NCBI GenBank assembly: GCA_043815885.1
Contig: JBDRIL010000056.1
Location: 1-21,915, forward strand
Reading direction: 5' to 3'
DNA length: 21,915 bases
Source: an archaeon
Lineage (GTDB): Archaea; Iainarchaeota; Iainarchaeia; Iainarchaeales; 1-14-0-10-31-34
A model generated the notes under the pieces. It had not been told where the DNA came from, made no database searches, and worked only from the letters and a program-made list of their open reading frames with translations. Positions within the stretch are counted from its first letter, which is position 1. Each line of letters begins with the position of its first letter. This document shows, piece after piece, positions 1-7,975 of the stretch. Position numbers and translations under genes: made by a program.

Positions 1-272
1 GACCATCCTGTTGGTGCTTGACCGCAAGTAAAAATTGAAGTTCCTTTTGTTGCTTCATAAATTTCAACTTGAAGTATTTCATCAAGGCTGCTTCCATTGT
101 TTTTTACATTTACTGTAAAAGTGTTACCTAATTGATCACAGTTTGCGATATCTGGCGTGATAGTTAGTGTTGCATCGTGTTGAGCAGAAGCAGTTGAAGC
201 AAAGATTATAAAGCAAAAAAGAATTAGACTAACCGTTGATAATTTATTGTACCATGTATTATTCCATTTCAT
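1..272 (-). CDS. Secreted/surface protein, N-terminal part (continues beyond window start)
   Basis: Manual translation from ATG at 272: MKWNNTWYNKLSTVSLILFCFIIFASTASA|QHDATLTITPDIANCDQLGNTFTVNVKNNGSS..., open to window edge. Signal peptide with ASA cleavage motif; GGGGGG SD-like sequence 8 nt upstream. Confidence 0.8.
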   Translation of the reverse strand, partial: MKWNNTWYNKLSTVSLILFCFIIFASTASAQHDATLTITPDIANCDQLGNTFTVNVKNNGSSLDEILQVEIYEATKGTSIFTCGQAPTGW

Positions 273-463
273 TAAAAAATCCCCCCAAAATTTTAATTGG
301 TAAAGTAATGAAGGTAGTGATAGCTTTTTAAATATTATTGGTGGTTTATAAAAAAATTCGTCATCAACCAGTAGTAATTTTTTCCGATGAAAAAATGAAT
401 TTGGATTCCTTTATAAATGTGTTGCTTGAAATTAGATAAATCAAATTGTAGAGGTGTTTGTAT

Positions 464-871
464 TTGAAGATTCCAGAGGCAATGGATAAAATGGTTTTCA
501 GTTATGCCTACTATGAAATGAAAGACTTTAGTAAACTTGTCCCATTTTTTGAGGCACTAGAGAAAGAAGACTTGTTCTGGATTGATGAATGCAATAAAAA
601 GAAGGGGTTACTAAAAGGCACTTTTGTGAGAGATTATCCAAAAGGTCATTGGAATCATCTTGCAGCAACTCCGGGAGCAAAACAGGTTGCCGGTGGAACC
701 GAAGTAAAAAACGGAGTATTAAAGATTGACGCAAAAACAAAGAGTGGTTTGACTGCCTTACAAGAAATAATTGAAGAATCCTTATCGGATTCAATTAACT
801 TTAAAAAAGAAGAATTTGAACAAGTAAAGCAGGCGATTAGTGAAGGGAAGAAAGAACTTTCCTTACAATAA
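464..871 (+). CDS. Hypothetical protein
   Basis: 137-aa ORF in the track (458). GAGGTG at 451-456 fits the in-frame TTG at 464 better. No family recognised. Confidence 0.65.
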   Translation: MKIPEAMDKMVFSYAYYEMKDFSKLVPFFEALEKEDLFWIDECNKKKGLLKGTFVRDYPKGHWNHLAATPGAKQVAGGTEVKNGVLKIDAKTKSGLTALQEIIEESLSDSINFKKEEFEQVKQAISEGKKELSLQ

Positions 872-937
872 TTTGTATGATTATAATAGTGCCAATAGAG
901 CCTTTTTGAGCTATTGTAATAGGGTAATGACACACCG

Positions 938-1711
938 CTATGTTGATTTTTTAGCAATCTTTTTCTTTTCTTTATATTTGAAGTGTTTGGCTATTACGGC
1001 GATGGCTGTTTTGTAGGTTATTGGCTTGTTTGTGAGGCTGGTTTCTTCTTCCCATTTTGTGTAGATTTTTTTAGCGTTTTTGAATATTTTATCAATGTCA
1101 TAGTTTAAGCCAACTTCTTTGAGTTTTTGTTTTACAAGTTTTTCGTCAATCTTTTGCTTGGAAGAAATTATTTGGTATGCGTCAAAGTAATCTCTTGGCT
1201 GGTTTCTCTGAAAAAGCGAGCGAATTTTTTCAGCAAGCAGTTCTTTTTGATTCAACATTGTAATGCTAAAGTCCGGGATTTCCTTATAAAAATGCTTTAC
1301 TTGTTTTTTCTCTGGCTCTAAATGAATTTTTGCGTGAGAATTTAAGTCAACATTAACATACTCTTTTTCCTTGAAATAACTCTTGTAATACACTCGTATT
1401 CGGGTGAATTTCTCATTTTCCTTGTCAGTTCCAAGTCTTGTAAAAAGACCAGGGTTTTCTTTGACTATTTCTTCAATTTTCTCTTTTACTTCACTTATTT
1501 TTGCAGTGCAAGTGAAATCCAAGTCCTCGCTTAGCCTTGTGTGGTTGAAAACAATTTTGTTTAATGCTGTTCCACCTTTGAAATACAAGCCATCAATGTC
1601 TTTAATCAAGTAAAGCAGGGCTGTCAGAAAATAGTCTTTTTCCAAGTAAATAAGGTTAAAGTCTTTTTCAGCTGCAATATTCTGAAGCTTTGCCTTACTA
1701 ATCAAATCCAT
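938..1711 (-). CDS. Type IV TA toxin, AbiEii/AbiGii family nucleotidyltransferase
   Basis: Motifs LEKDY, FKGGTAL, RLSEDLDF, LLAEKIRSL and RDYFD are typical of AbiEii; coupled to the upstream AbiEi-like gene. Confidence 0.92.
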   Translation of the reverse strand: MDLISKAKLQNIAAEKDFNLIYLEKDYFLTALLYLIKDIDGLYFKGGTALNKIVFNHTRLSEDLDFTCTAKISEVKEKIEEIVKENPGLFTRLGTDKENEKFTRIRVYYKSYFKEKEYVNVDLNSHAKIHLEPEKKQVKHFYKEIPDFSITMLNQKELLAEKIRSLFQRNQPRDYFDAYQIISSKQKIDEKLVKQKLKEVGLNYDIDKIFKNAKKIYTKWEEETSLTNKPITYKTAIAVIAKHFKYKEKKKIAKKST

Positions 1712-2199
1712 TTCTTGCTCTCCTCTTTGCTTGCAATCAAAAAGCTATGTCCTGCGATCATTCGCTTTACAAAATCGCCAAGCTTTCTTACTCTCTTAAG
1801 CCTAAACTTTGTTCCAAGAACATTCCTAGTGCCCTGTCTTGTAGTGGAAAAAACATCAATAACTGCAGGAAGCTGGTCAATAAGACCCCAATAATGAACC
1901 GCGGCTTTTCCCCCAACATAGTAACCTTTTCCGTTAAACATTTCATCAGCCACTATAAAAGGGTGTTCAGCCCAGCTCTTCTGCGCATGAATAGGAACAA
2001 GATAATACTTATCCTTGTTTATCCTCACAACCCGCCCCTTACGCTTAAAGGAAGAAAGATATTTACGCAAATCAACATCCGATTTAAAGAAGTGCCTAAT
2101 ATCTTTTTTGGAGAAAAAACGCTTTTCTTCCAACTCCAAAAAAGACACTACCTTAATCTCCTTATCAGACAACCCCTTAATACTAATTTTTCCAGCCAT
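1702..2199 (-). CDS. Type IV TA antitoxin, AbiEi family transcriptional regulator
   Basis: N-terminal wHTH ending KRKGRVVRINKDKYYLVP, plus YYVGGKAAVHYWGLIDQLP; overlaps the AbiEii start; GAGGTAG SD upstream. Confidence 0.88.
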   Translation of the reverse strand: MAGKISIKGLSDKEIKVVSFLELEEKRFFSKKDIRHFFKSDVDLRKYLSSFKRKGRVVRINKDKYYLVPIHAQKSWAEHPFIVADEMFNGKGYYVGGKAAVHYWGLIDQLPAVIDVFSTTRQGTRNVLGTKFRLKRVRKLGDFVKRMIAGHSFLIASKEESKKWI

Positions 2200-2202
2200 T
2201 TT

Positions 2203-2263
2203 AATGCTACCTCAATGTTACCATATTAGTAACATTAGTGTAGCAATCTTTTTAAGCTTTTCT
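2203..2263 (-). promoter_or_regulatory. abiE promoter with nested inverted-repeat operator
   Basis: Half-sites AATGCTAC (2203), AATGTTAC (2214), GTAACATT (2229), GTAGCAAT (2240). The minus strand reads GAAAAG-CTTAAAAA (BRE/TATA-like) just upstream. Confidence 0.6.
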
Positions 2264-2371
2264 GGCTTCAATTCAAGGCATCTTTATGCTATTTTTCCTT
2301 GTAGCTTGCTATCTCATCTCTCAATTTTCAGAGCCTCTTTACCATATAATTTTAACTTGTTGGTAAGACCC

Positions 2372-2442
2372 TCTAATATAGGCAATGATGACGTCATTGC
2401 AAATAAACATTTAATGCATTAATGCCTGAAACACTCAGTGCC
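2372..2442. repeat. Diverged duplicate of purH 3' end and downstream flank (att-like direct repeat, copy A)
   Basis: Aligns with 5225-5292. The minus strand encodes GTECFRH* versus GARGFKH* at the purH end. Confidence 0.85.
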
Positions 2443-2477
2443 TAAAAGATTTCAATTTCATTTAAGGAATCACGCTA

Positions 2478-2626
2478 ATATCAAAAGACATTAATTATGA
2501 AACTTTTTTATTGTATACCGAAGGTATGCAATGTTTTTTTTGATAAAACTTTTTCTAAAAGTTTTTTAATGTCTTTTGATAGCTATCAAAGGACAAATTT
2601 TGTTTCTATATTTTGGTCCTTTGGAA
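2478..2626. repeat. Dispersed palindromic element with TATCAAARGACA half-sites (copy 1, with nested hairpin insert)
   Basis: Homologous, in inverted orientation, to 21342-21436. Confidence 0.85.
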
Positions 2627-2803
2627 TCAAAGCTATTATTTACCTTTGAAAAGCAGGGAATAAACGTTTTTTCTTTCGGCGAAGCAAAAAAAATTCTAAA
2701 GATGCCGAATAACTCTTTAAAGAATGTGATTTATCGCTTTAAGAAGAAAAAGAGAATAATTGAAATAAAATTCTCAACACAGTGTTTTAACTCTACGCCC
2801 TGA
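2612..2803 (+). pseudogene. Truncated AbiEi-family antitoxin (N-terminal wHTH fragment)
   Basis: FGPLESKLLFTFEKQGINVFSFGEAKKILKMPNNSLKNVIYRFKKKKRIIEIK parallels the N-terminus of the 1702..2199 protein, then similarity stops. No convincing start, no C-terminal domain, no toxin partner. Confidence 0.6.
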
Positions 2804-2833
2804 CTTTCAACTTCCTGCACCATCAAAACCACA

Positions 2834-2869
2834 ACTTAACAATACTTAACAATACTTAATAATATTTAA
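2834..2869. repeat. Short 10-bp tandem repeat (AATACTTAAC-like, about 3.5 copies)
   Basis: acttaac aatacttaac aatacttaat aatatttaa. Confidence 0.6.
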
Positions 2870-3207
2870 AGACATCCCTATCAAACAAAACCCCCCAGAT
2901 TTTGAAAGTTGTAATTAAAAGTTGGATTGCGCTCCTAAGATGGACTTAGACAAGAAATCGAAACCTGCAACGGCATAATAAACAAGCTGGCTGATTACTG
3001 GCAGAAAAGGGAGAAATAGTTATCACTGGTTTCTCAATGCAGGCCTGTTTTTGTGATAACTGGTTTATACGGTTGTAATAGGGTTAAAATGCCTGTTTTG
3101 ACTCTCTTGTAATAGTATGAATATTGCTTTTCGTAATGAGCAATATGGCGTGTTATTACGCATTATAATGAGCAATATTTAAATACTTGTTTGTCGTATA
3201 ATATGTC

Positions 3208-4527
3208 ATGGTTTTGAAGAAAAAAACATTTACCGCAGACGCAATTTTAGTCAATAAAATAACAAAAGAGCTTTTGGGCACTGTAATAAAAGACCAGTTA
3301 AAGGAATTTGAGGCCTTGAAAGACTCTGTTCCAAGAAGCGTTTTCCCAGAAATAGCAGAATATAAGGGTGCAGCTGCGTTTGTAGTAAAAGGCCTAAGGA
3401 GATGCGGCAAAAGCACTCTTTTAAAGCAAATAATTGAAGCAAAATTCAGGGAAGACTTTTACTATTTCAACTTTGACGATGAAAGAATATTCGGGTTCAG
3501 CGCAGAAGACTTTCAAACCCTAATGGAAACCTTTATTGAAATGTTTGGAAAAAGAAAAAACGTTTTCTTTGATGAAATACAGAACATTAAAGGATGGGAG
3601 TTGTTTGTAAACAGAATTTTAAGGCAAAACTACAGGGTTTTCATAACAGGCTCCAACGCAAACCTTTTGAGCAAAGAACTTGGAACACATTTAACCGGCA
3701 GGCACGTTGACATAGAGCTATTCCCATTCTCATTCACAGAATTCCTGAAGGCAAGAAAAGAAAAAATTCCAGAAAAAGGATTCTATTCAACGGACGAAAA
3801 AGCACAGCTTTCAAGAAGATTCAAGGAATACTTTGAAAAAGGCGGGATGCCTGAAGCAATAGTTTTCTCAAATGATGCAGTACTAAGAGAAGTAATAAAT
3901 GACATAATACAAAAAGATATAGTAACCAGATACAACATAAGAAAGCCGGCTGAACTGAAAGCAGTGCTAAAATTCCTAATTGCAAATATGGCAAATTCCG
4001 TGACCTACCGCTCCATAACAAACAACTTCAAAATAAAAAGCCCGAACACAGTGCAAAAATACACAGAGTATGCTGAAGAAACCTACTTAACATTTACAGT
4101 GCATAAGTATGAGAAAAAACTCAAAAACTTTGACAAAAACCCAAAAAAAGTTTACTGTATAGACAATGGAATAATAAGAGAAAACTCTACTGCCATAAAT
4201 GAAAAAAAAGGCGCAATGCTGGAAAATCTGATAGCAGTGCAGCTCAAGCGGCTCGGAAAAGAATTCTATTATTACAAGGGAAAAACAAGCAGTGCAGAAT
4301 GCGACTTCATACTCCCAAAAGAAAAGCATGCAATACAAGTTTGCTATAACCTGAACGAAAACAACAAAGAAAGGGAAACAAAAGGCCTGCTCGAAGCAAT
4401 GGAAAAAACAAAGGCAAAAAAAGGCCTAATACTGACACTTGACCAAGAACAACAAACCACCAAAGAAAACAAAAAAATAACAATAAAACCAACTTGGCAA
4501 TGGCTCCTGGAAAACGAGCCATCATAA
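3208..4527 (+). CDS. AAA+ ATPase, AAA_14/DUF4143 family
   Basis: Walker A GLRRCGKS, Walker B VFFDEIQ, ITGS, LTGR, GGMPE, KVYCIDNG, ENL, and a C-terminal ECDF...AIQV nuclease-like motif. Confidence 0.93.
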   Translation: MVLKKKTFTADAILVNKITKELLGTVIKDQLKEFEALKDSVPRSVFPEIAEYKGAAAFVVKGLRRCGKSTLLKQIIEAKFREDFYYFNFDDERIFGFSAEDFQTLMETFIEMFGKRKNVFFDEIQNIKGWELFVNRILRQNYRVFITGSNANLLSKELGTHLTGRHVDIELFPFSFTEFLKARKEKIPEKGFYSTDEKAQLSRRFKEYFEKGGMPEAIVFSNDAVLREVINDIIQKDIVTRYNIRKPAELKAVLKFLIANMANSVTYRSITNNFKIKSPNTVQKYTEYAEETYLTFTVHKYEKKLKNFDKNPKKVYCIDNGIIRENSTAINEKKGAMLENLIAVQLKRLGKEFYYYKGKTSSAECDFILPKEKHAIQVCYNLNENNKERETKGLLEAMEKTKAKKGLILTLDQEQQTTKENKKITIKPTWQWLLENEPS

Positions 4528-4565
4528 AACCATCAATTTTAAGGAATAATCCCTATACATTAAAG

Positions 4566-4581
4566 TAGGCAATGATGAGGT
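4566..4581. repeat. Third copy of the 16-bp core TAGGCRATGATGASGT
   Basis: TAGGCAATGATGAGGT; 15/16 identical to each of 2379-2394 and 5230-5245. Confidence 0.75.
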
Positions 4582-4680
4582 AAACTACAAGCAATATATG
4601 ATTCAAATAGGTACTAAATAGAAACATATTTAAATTATATATGGCACATATATTACAGTATGTTTTGTAGGTGGTTTTAG

Positions 4681-4923
4681 ATGAATGTGGATTTTAGAGG
4701 ACGAACAAAACAGATACTGGAGAACATGGTTGAAGAGGGTTATGCGAACACTCAATCCGAAGCAGCCAGACTAGCAATAGTACAGTTTGGAGAAGAACAC
4801 TTCAGTGAAGTGGAAATAGTTAATAGAAAGCTTGATAGAATAGACCAAGACATAAAAGCAGGGAGAAGGAAACTACTTAACAATGACCAAGCCCTTGGCG
4901 AATACGCAAAACACTTGAAGTAA
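4681..4923 (+). CDS. Putative type II antitoxin (ribbon-helix-helix/CopG-like)
   Basis: 80 aa with an RHH-like pattern ILENMVEEGYANTQSEAARLAI; precedes a RelE-like gene; AGGTGG SD; ATATATG-GCA-CATATAT palindrome upstream (4637-4653). Confidence 0.75.
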   Translation: MNVDFRGRTKQILENMVEEGYANTQSEAARLAIVQFGEEHFSEVEIVNRKLDRIDQDIKAGRRKLLNNDQALGEYAKHLK

Positions 4924-4928
4924 TCAAC

Positions 4929-5192
4929 ATGCACAAACCAGGATTTGATGAAGACTGGCCAGAATACTTCAACAAACTAGACCACGCCGTCAAAGAACGT
5001 GCTGCTAAGAAAATAAGGAAAATCCTTGAGTTTCCCAAAAAACGCCACCTAAAGAAAGGCGCCAGGTTCTTCGTTGACGAAATCGGCCAGAGCAGAATCG
5101 TCTACAGAGTATTTGAAGAAAACAACGAAGTCAGGTTCTATTTTATCGGAAACCACAAAGAATACGAAAAATGGTATAAACAATACCTCTAA
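4929..5192 (+). CDS. Putative RelE/ParE-superfamily toxin
   Basis: 87 aa, basic; GQSRIVYRV...FYFIGNHKEY RelE-like C-terminus; downstream of an antitoxin-like gene. Confidence 0.75.
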   Translation: MHKPGFDEDWPEYFNKLDHAVKERAAKKIRKILEFPKKRHLKKGARFFVDEIGQSRIVYRVFEENNEVRFYFIGNHKEYEKWYKQYL

Positions 5193-5224
5193 CCCAACCA
5201 ATTAAATCATTTATCTTCTATTTG

Positions 5225-5292
5225 TCTAATAGGCGATGATGAGGTCATTGCAACTGAAACATTTAATGCATTAATGCTTGAATCCTCTTGCC
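5225..5292. repeat. purH 3' end and flank (att-like direct repeat, copy B)
   Basis: Aligns with 2372-2442; contains hairpin GCGATGA-N5-TCATTGC. Confidence 0.85.
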
Positions 5293-6809
5293 CCGGAAAA
5301 AATTAATGCAATTCCCTTTTCGTTTGCTTCTTCTATTACTTCTTTGTCTTTAATGCTTCCCCCTGGCTCAATTACTGCAGTGATTCCGGCTCCTGCAGCC
5401 AAGTCAATGCTGTCCCTAAATGGAAAGAATCCATCTGAAGCAAGAACTGCTCCTTCACTTTTTATTCCTGCCTGTTTCAGTGCAAGGTCAACTGCCCTTA
5501 CTCTTGAGGTCTGCCCTACTCCAATTCCAATTGTTGCCTTTTCTTTTGCAATCACTATTGCATTACTCTTTACGTGTTTTACTACTTTAAATGCAAATAA
5601 AATATCCTGCAATTCTTTTTCACTTGGTTTTTTTTCTGAAACAAACTTTAATTCTCTTTCCTTTAATTCTTTTTCGTCTTTTTCCTGAACCAATAAGCCT
5701 CCATCAATCTTCTTGAATTCAATTTCATTTTTTTCTTTTTTATTTAAATCCAGTTTCATTATTCTCAGGTTCTTTTTTTCTTTCAGTAGCTTCAATGCTT
5801 TTTCTTCAAAAGAGGGAGCAATCACCACTTCATTGAAGAAGGAAGTAATCTCTTTTGCAGTAGCATCATCTATTTTCCTGTTCAATGCAATTATGCCTCC
5901 AAAAGCTGATTCAGCATCGCACTCCAATGCCTTAGTGAATGCTTGGTGCAGTGTTTTTCCTGAAGCAACACCGCAGGGATTTCCGTGCTTTATGATTACT
6001 GCAGTTGGTTCAGGGAATTCCTTCACTAATTCTACTGCAGCATTCAAGTCAAATAAATTATTGAATGAAAGCTCTTTTCCGTGCAATTGCACTGCATTAA
6101 CAGTACTTGAAGCATCTGCAAGGGATTCCTTATAGAGTGAAGCCTTTTGATGAGGGTTTTCCCCATACCTTAAATCCATTAATTTATCAAAGGAAAGAAC
6201 CATTTTCTCCGGGAAACCCCCAGAAAACCTCTTATTAAAGAAACCAGAAATAATTGCATCGTATTCAGCTACATGCTGGAAGGCCTTTACAGCTAATTCC
6301 TCTCTAACTTTTTTATTCAGTGAACCTCTTCCTTTCTTTATTTCATTTAAAATATAATTATAATTAGTATAATCCACTACCACTGCAGCATTCTCATAGT
6401 TCTTTGCAGCAGCCCTAATCAATGTAGGCCCGCCAATGTCTATTTCTTCAATTATTTTTTCCAGAGAAGAAGTCTTCTCCAGAGTCTCCTTGAATGGATA
6501 CAAATTAACTACAATTAAATCAATTCCTTCAATTCCCTGCTTCTTTAATTCACTTAAATGCTTTTTATTCCTTTTTGCAAGGATTCCAGCATGAATTTTA
6601 GGATGAAGGGTTTTCACCCTTCCTTCAAGCATTTCAGGAAAGCCAGTCACCTCTTCAATCGGAATTGCCTTTACTCCCGAATTCCTTAATTTACTGTAAG
6701 TTCCGCCAGTAGAAATTATCTTTACTCCCAATTTCTGCAGTCCTTTAGCAAATTGCACTATCCCTTCTTTATTTGAAACAGAAATCAATGCAGTCTTTAT
6801 TTTACTCAA
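5271..6809 (-). CDS. purH: Bifunctional AICAR transformylase/IMP cyclohydrolase
   Basis: ALISVSNK, ISTGGT, GRVKTLHP, IDIGGPTLIRAAAKN, LRYGENPHQ, KHGNPCG, ASDGFFPF, PGGSIKD. Confidence 0.98.
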   Translation of the reverse strand: MSKIKTALISVSNKEGIVQFAKGLQKLGVKIISTGGTYSKLRNSGVKAIPIEEVTGFPEMLEGRVKTLHPKIHAGILAKRNKKHLSELKKQGIEGIDLIVVNLYPFKETLEKTSSLEKIIEEIDIGGPTLIRAAAKNYENAAVVVDYTNYNYILNEIKKGRGSLNKKVREELAVKAFQHVAEYDAIISGFFNKRFSGGFPEKMVLSFDKLMDLRYGENPHQKASLYKESLADASSTVNAVQLHGKELSFNNLFDLNAAVELVKEFPEPTAVIIKHGNPCGVASGKTLHQAFTKALECDAESAFGGIIALNRKIDDATAKEITSFFNEVVIAPSFEEKALKLLKEKKNLRIMKLDLNKKEKNEIEFKKIDGGLLVQEKDEKELKERELKFVSEKKPSEKELQDILFAFKVVKHVKSNAIVIAKEKATIGIGVGQTSRVRAVDLALKQAGIKSEGAVLASDGFFPFRDSIDLAAGAGITAVIEPGGSIKDKEVIEEANEKGIALIFSGARGFKH

Positions 6810-6815
6810 GCAATT

Positions 6816-7358
6816 TCACCCTTTCACTAATTTTTTCCATCCAAAGCATCCAACAACATCTGAAATGTATGGTGTTCCAATTCTTGTTTTTTTATCTATT
6901 GCGACAACCCATGAATCCATTCTAAGATGTATTCCATGTTTTGAAGCCAATAAAACATTCTTTTTTACTATTTCATCTATCTCTTTTTTATTTTTAACAT
7001 TTTTCGTCTTAACCATGCTTTGCACAACAAATTTGCCTCCTCTGCGTAAATCAGTTAAAACTAATATTGGATTCATTCCATTGGGTTTAACGCACATAAA
7101 TGTCGGAACTACTTTACATCCAATGCTTCTAAACATTGAAAGCATTCTAAAGTCATTTCTTGCCTGATCTTTTGGCAGGTGAGGCTGATAAACTTTTGCG
7201 ACAAAAGGAACTGCTGCTTTACCAAAATAAACTTTTGACCCTCTTATGCTTCCATGAGTACCACTAGCTTCTCTGCCTATCTGTGATTTTGTTACAGTAA
7301 AGCTTATTGGGCGGTCCTTTTCCACCATGTGCTTTTTTGGTCTTCCCATAAAAATCAT
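6816..7358 (-). CDS. Hypothetical basic protein, possible degenerate protein-kinase-like fold
   Basis: Fills the purN-purH gap with an ATGA overlap; GSQ-rich N-lobe-like start, FVAKVY, LVLTDL, HGIHLRMD, YISDV. Confidence 0.7.
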   Translation of the reverse strand: MIFMGRPKKHMVEKDRPISFTVTKSQIGREASGTHGSIRGSKVYFGKAAVPFVAKVYQPHLPKDQARNDFRMLSMFRSIGCKVVPTFMCVKPNGMNPILVLTDLRRGGKFVVQSMVKTKNVKNKKEIDEIVKKNVLLASKHGIHLRMDSWVVAIDKKTRIGTPYISDVVGCFGWKKLVKG

Positions 7359-7975
7359 TTCAATATTTTTACTTTTTCCCCTTCAACCTTTATTTTTCCT
7401 TCTCCAAATAATTTAATTGCTTTCACTAAAACCTCTTGCTCTGCCTTCTGTACCTTTTCTTTCAGCGAATCAACTGTTTCATTCCCAGAAATCCTTACTT
7501 CCTTCTGCAGAATAATTGGCCCTGAATCAAGTTCCTCTGTAGCAAAATGCAATGTACAACCACTAACCTCAACTCCTGCATCCAATACCTCTTGATGCAC
7601 ATCCTTATCCATCCCCCCTGCAAAAGCAGGAAGCAATGATGGATGAATATTCATTACTTTATTCTTATACTTTTCAATGAATGGCTTGCTTAAAAACCGC
7701 ATATATCCAATCAATAAAACCAATTCCACTTTTCTTTTCTCTAATTCCTTTATTGCTTCTTTATCGAATTCCTCTCTTGAAGGAAACTTCTTTGGATCAA
7801 TGAATACAGCTGGAATTGAATGCTTTCTTGCCCTCTCCATACAATAAGCATCTTTTTTATTGGATATAAGCACAGAGACCTTTGCATTAAGCTCTCCTTT
7901 ATTTATTGCTTCCATCACTCCTTTCAAGTCAGAAGCTTTTGTCGAAGCTAGAACTCCAATACTCAGTTCCTTCAT
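7355..7975 (-). CDS. purN: Phosphoribosylglycinamide formyltransferase
   Basis: VLLIGYMRFL, MNIHPSLLPAF, SGCTLHF, LDSGPIILQ. Confidence 0.97.
   Translation of the reverse strand: MKELSIGVLASTKASDLKGVMEAINKGELNAKVSVLISNKKDAYCMERARKHSIPAVFIDPKKFPSREEFDKEAIKELEKRKVELVLLIGYMRFLSKPFIEKYKNKVMNIHPSLLPAFAGGMDKDVHQEVLDAGVEVSGCTLHFATEELDSGPIILQKEVRISGNETVDSLKEKVQKAEQEVLVKAIKLFGEGKIKVEGEKVKILK

Noticed and set aside
2250..2345. Decayed ORF on the minus strand (MVKRL*KLRDEIASYKEK*)
   Set aside because: Too short and interrupted to assign.
2576..2611. N-terminus of the 2576..2803 track ORF
   Set aside because: Translates the palindromic repeat element; no SD; only the downstream part resembles AbiEi.
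2379..5245. CRISPR array from the repeated 16-mer or the TATCAAARGACA repeats
   Set aside because: Spacing is irregular (0.7-2.2 kb) or orientation alternates; no cas genes.
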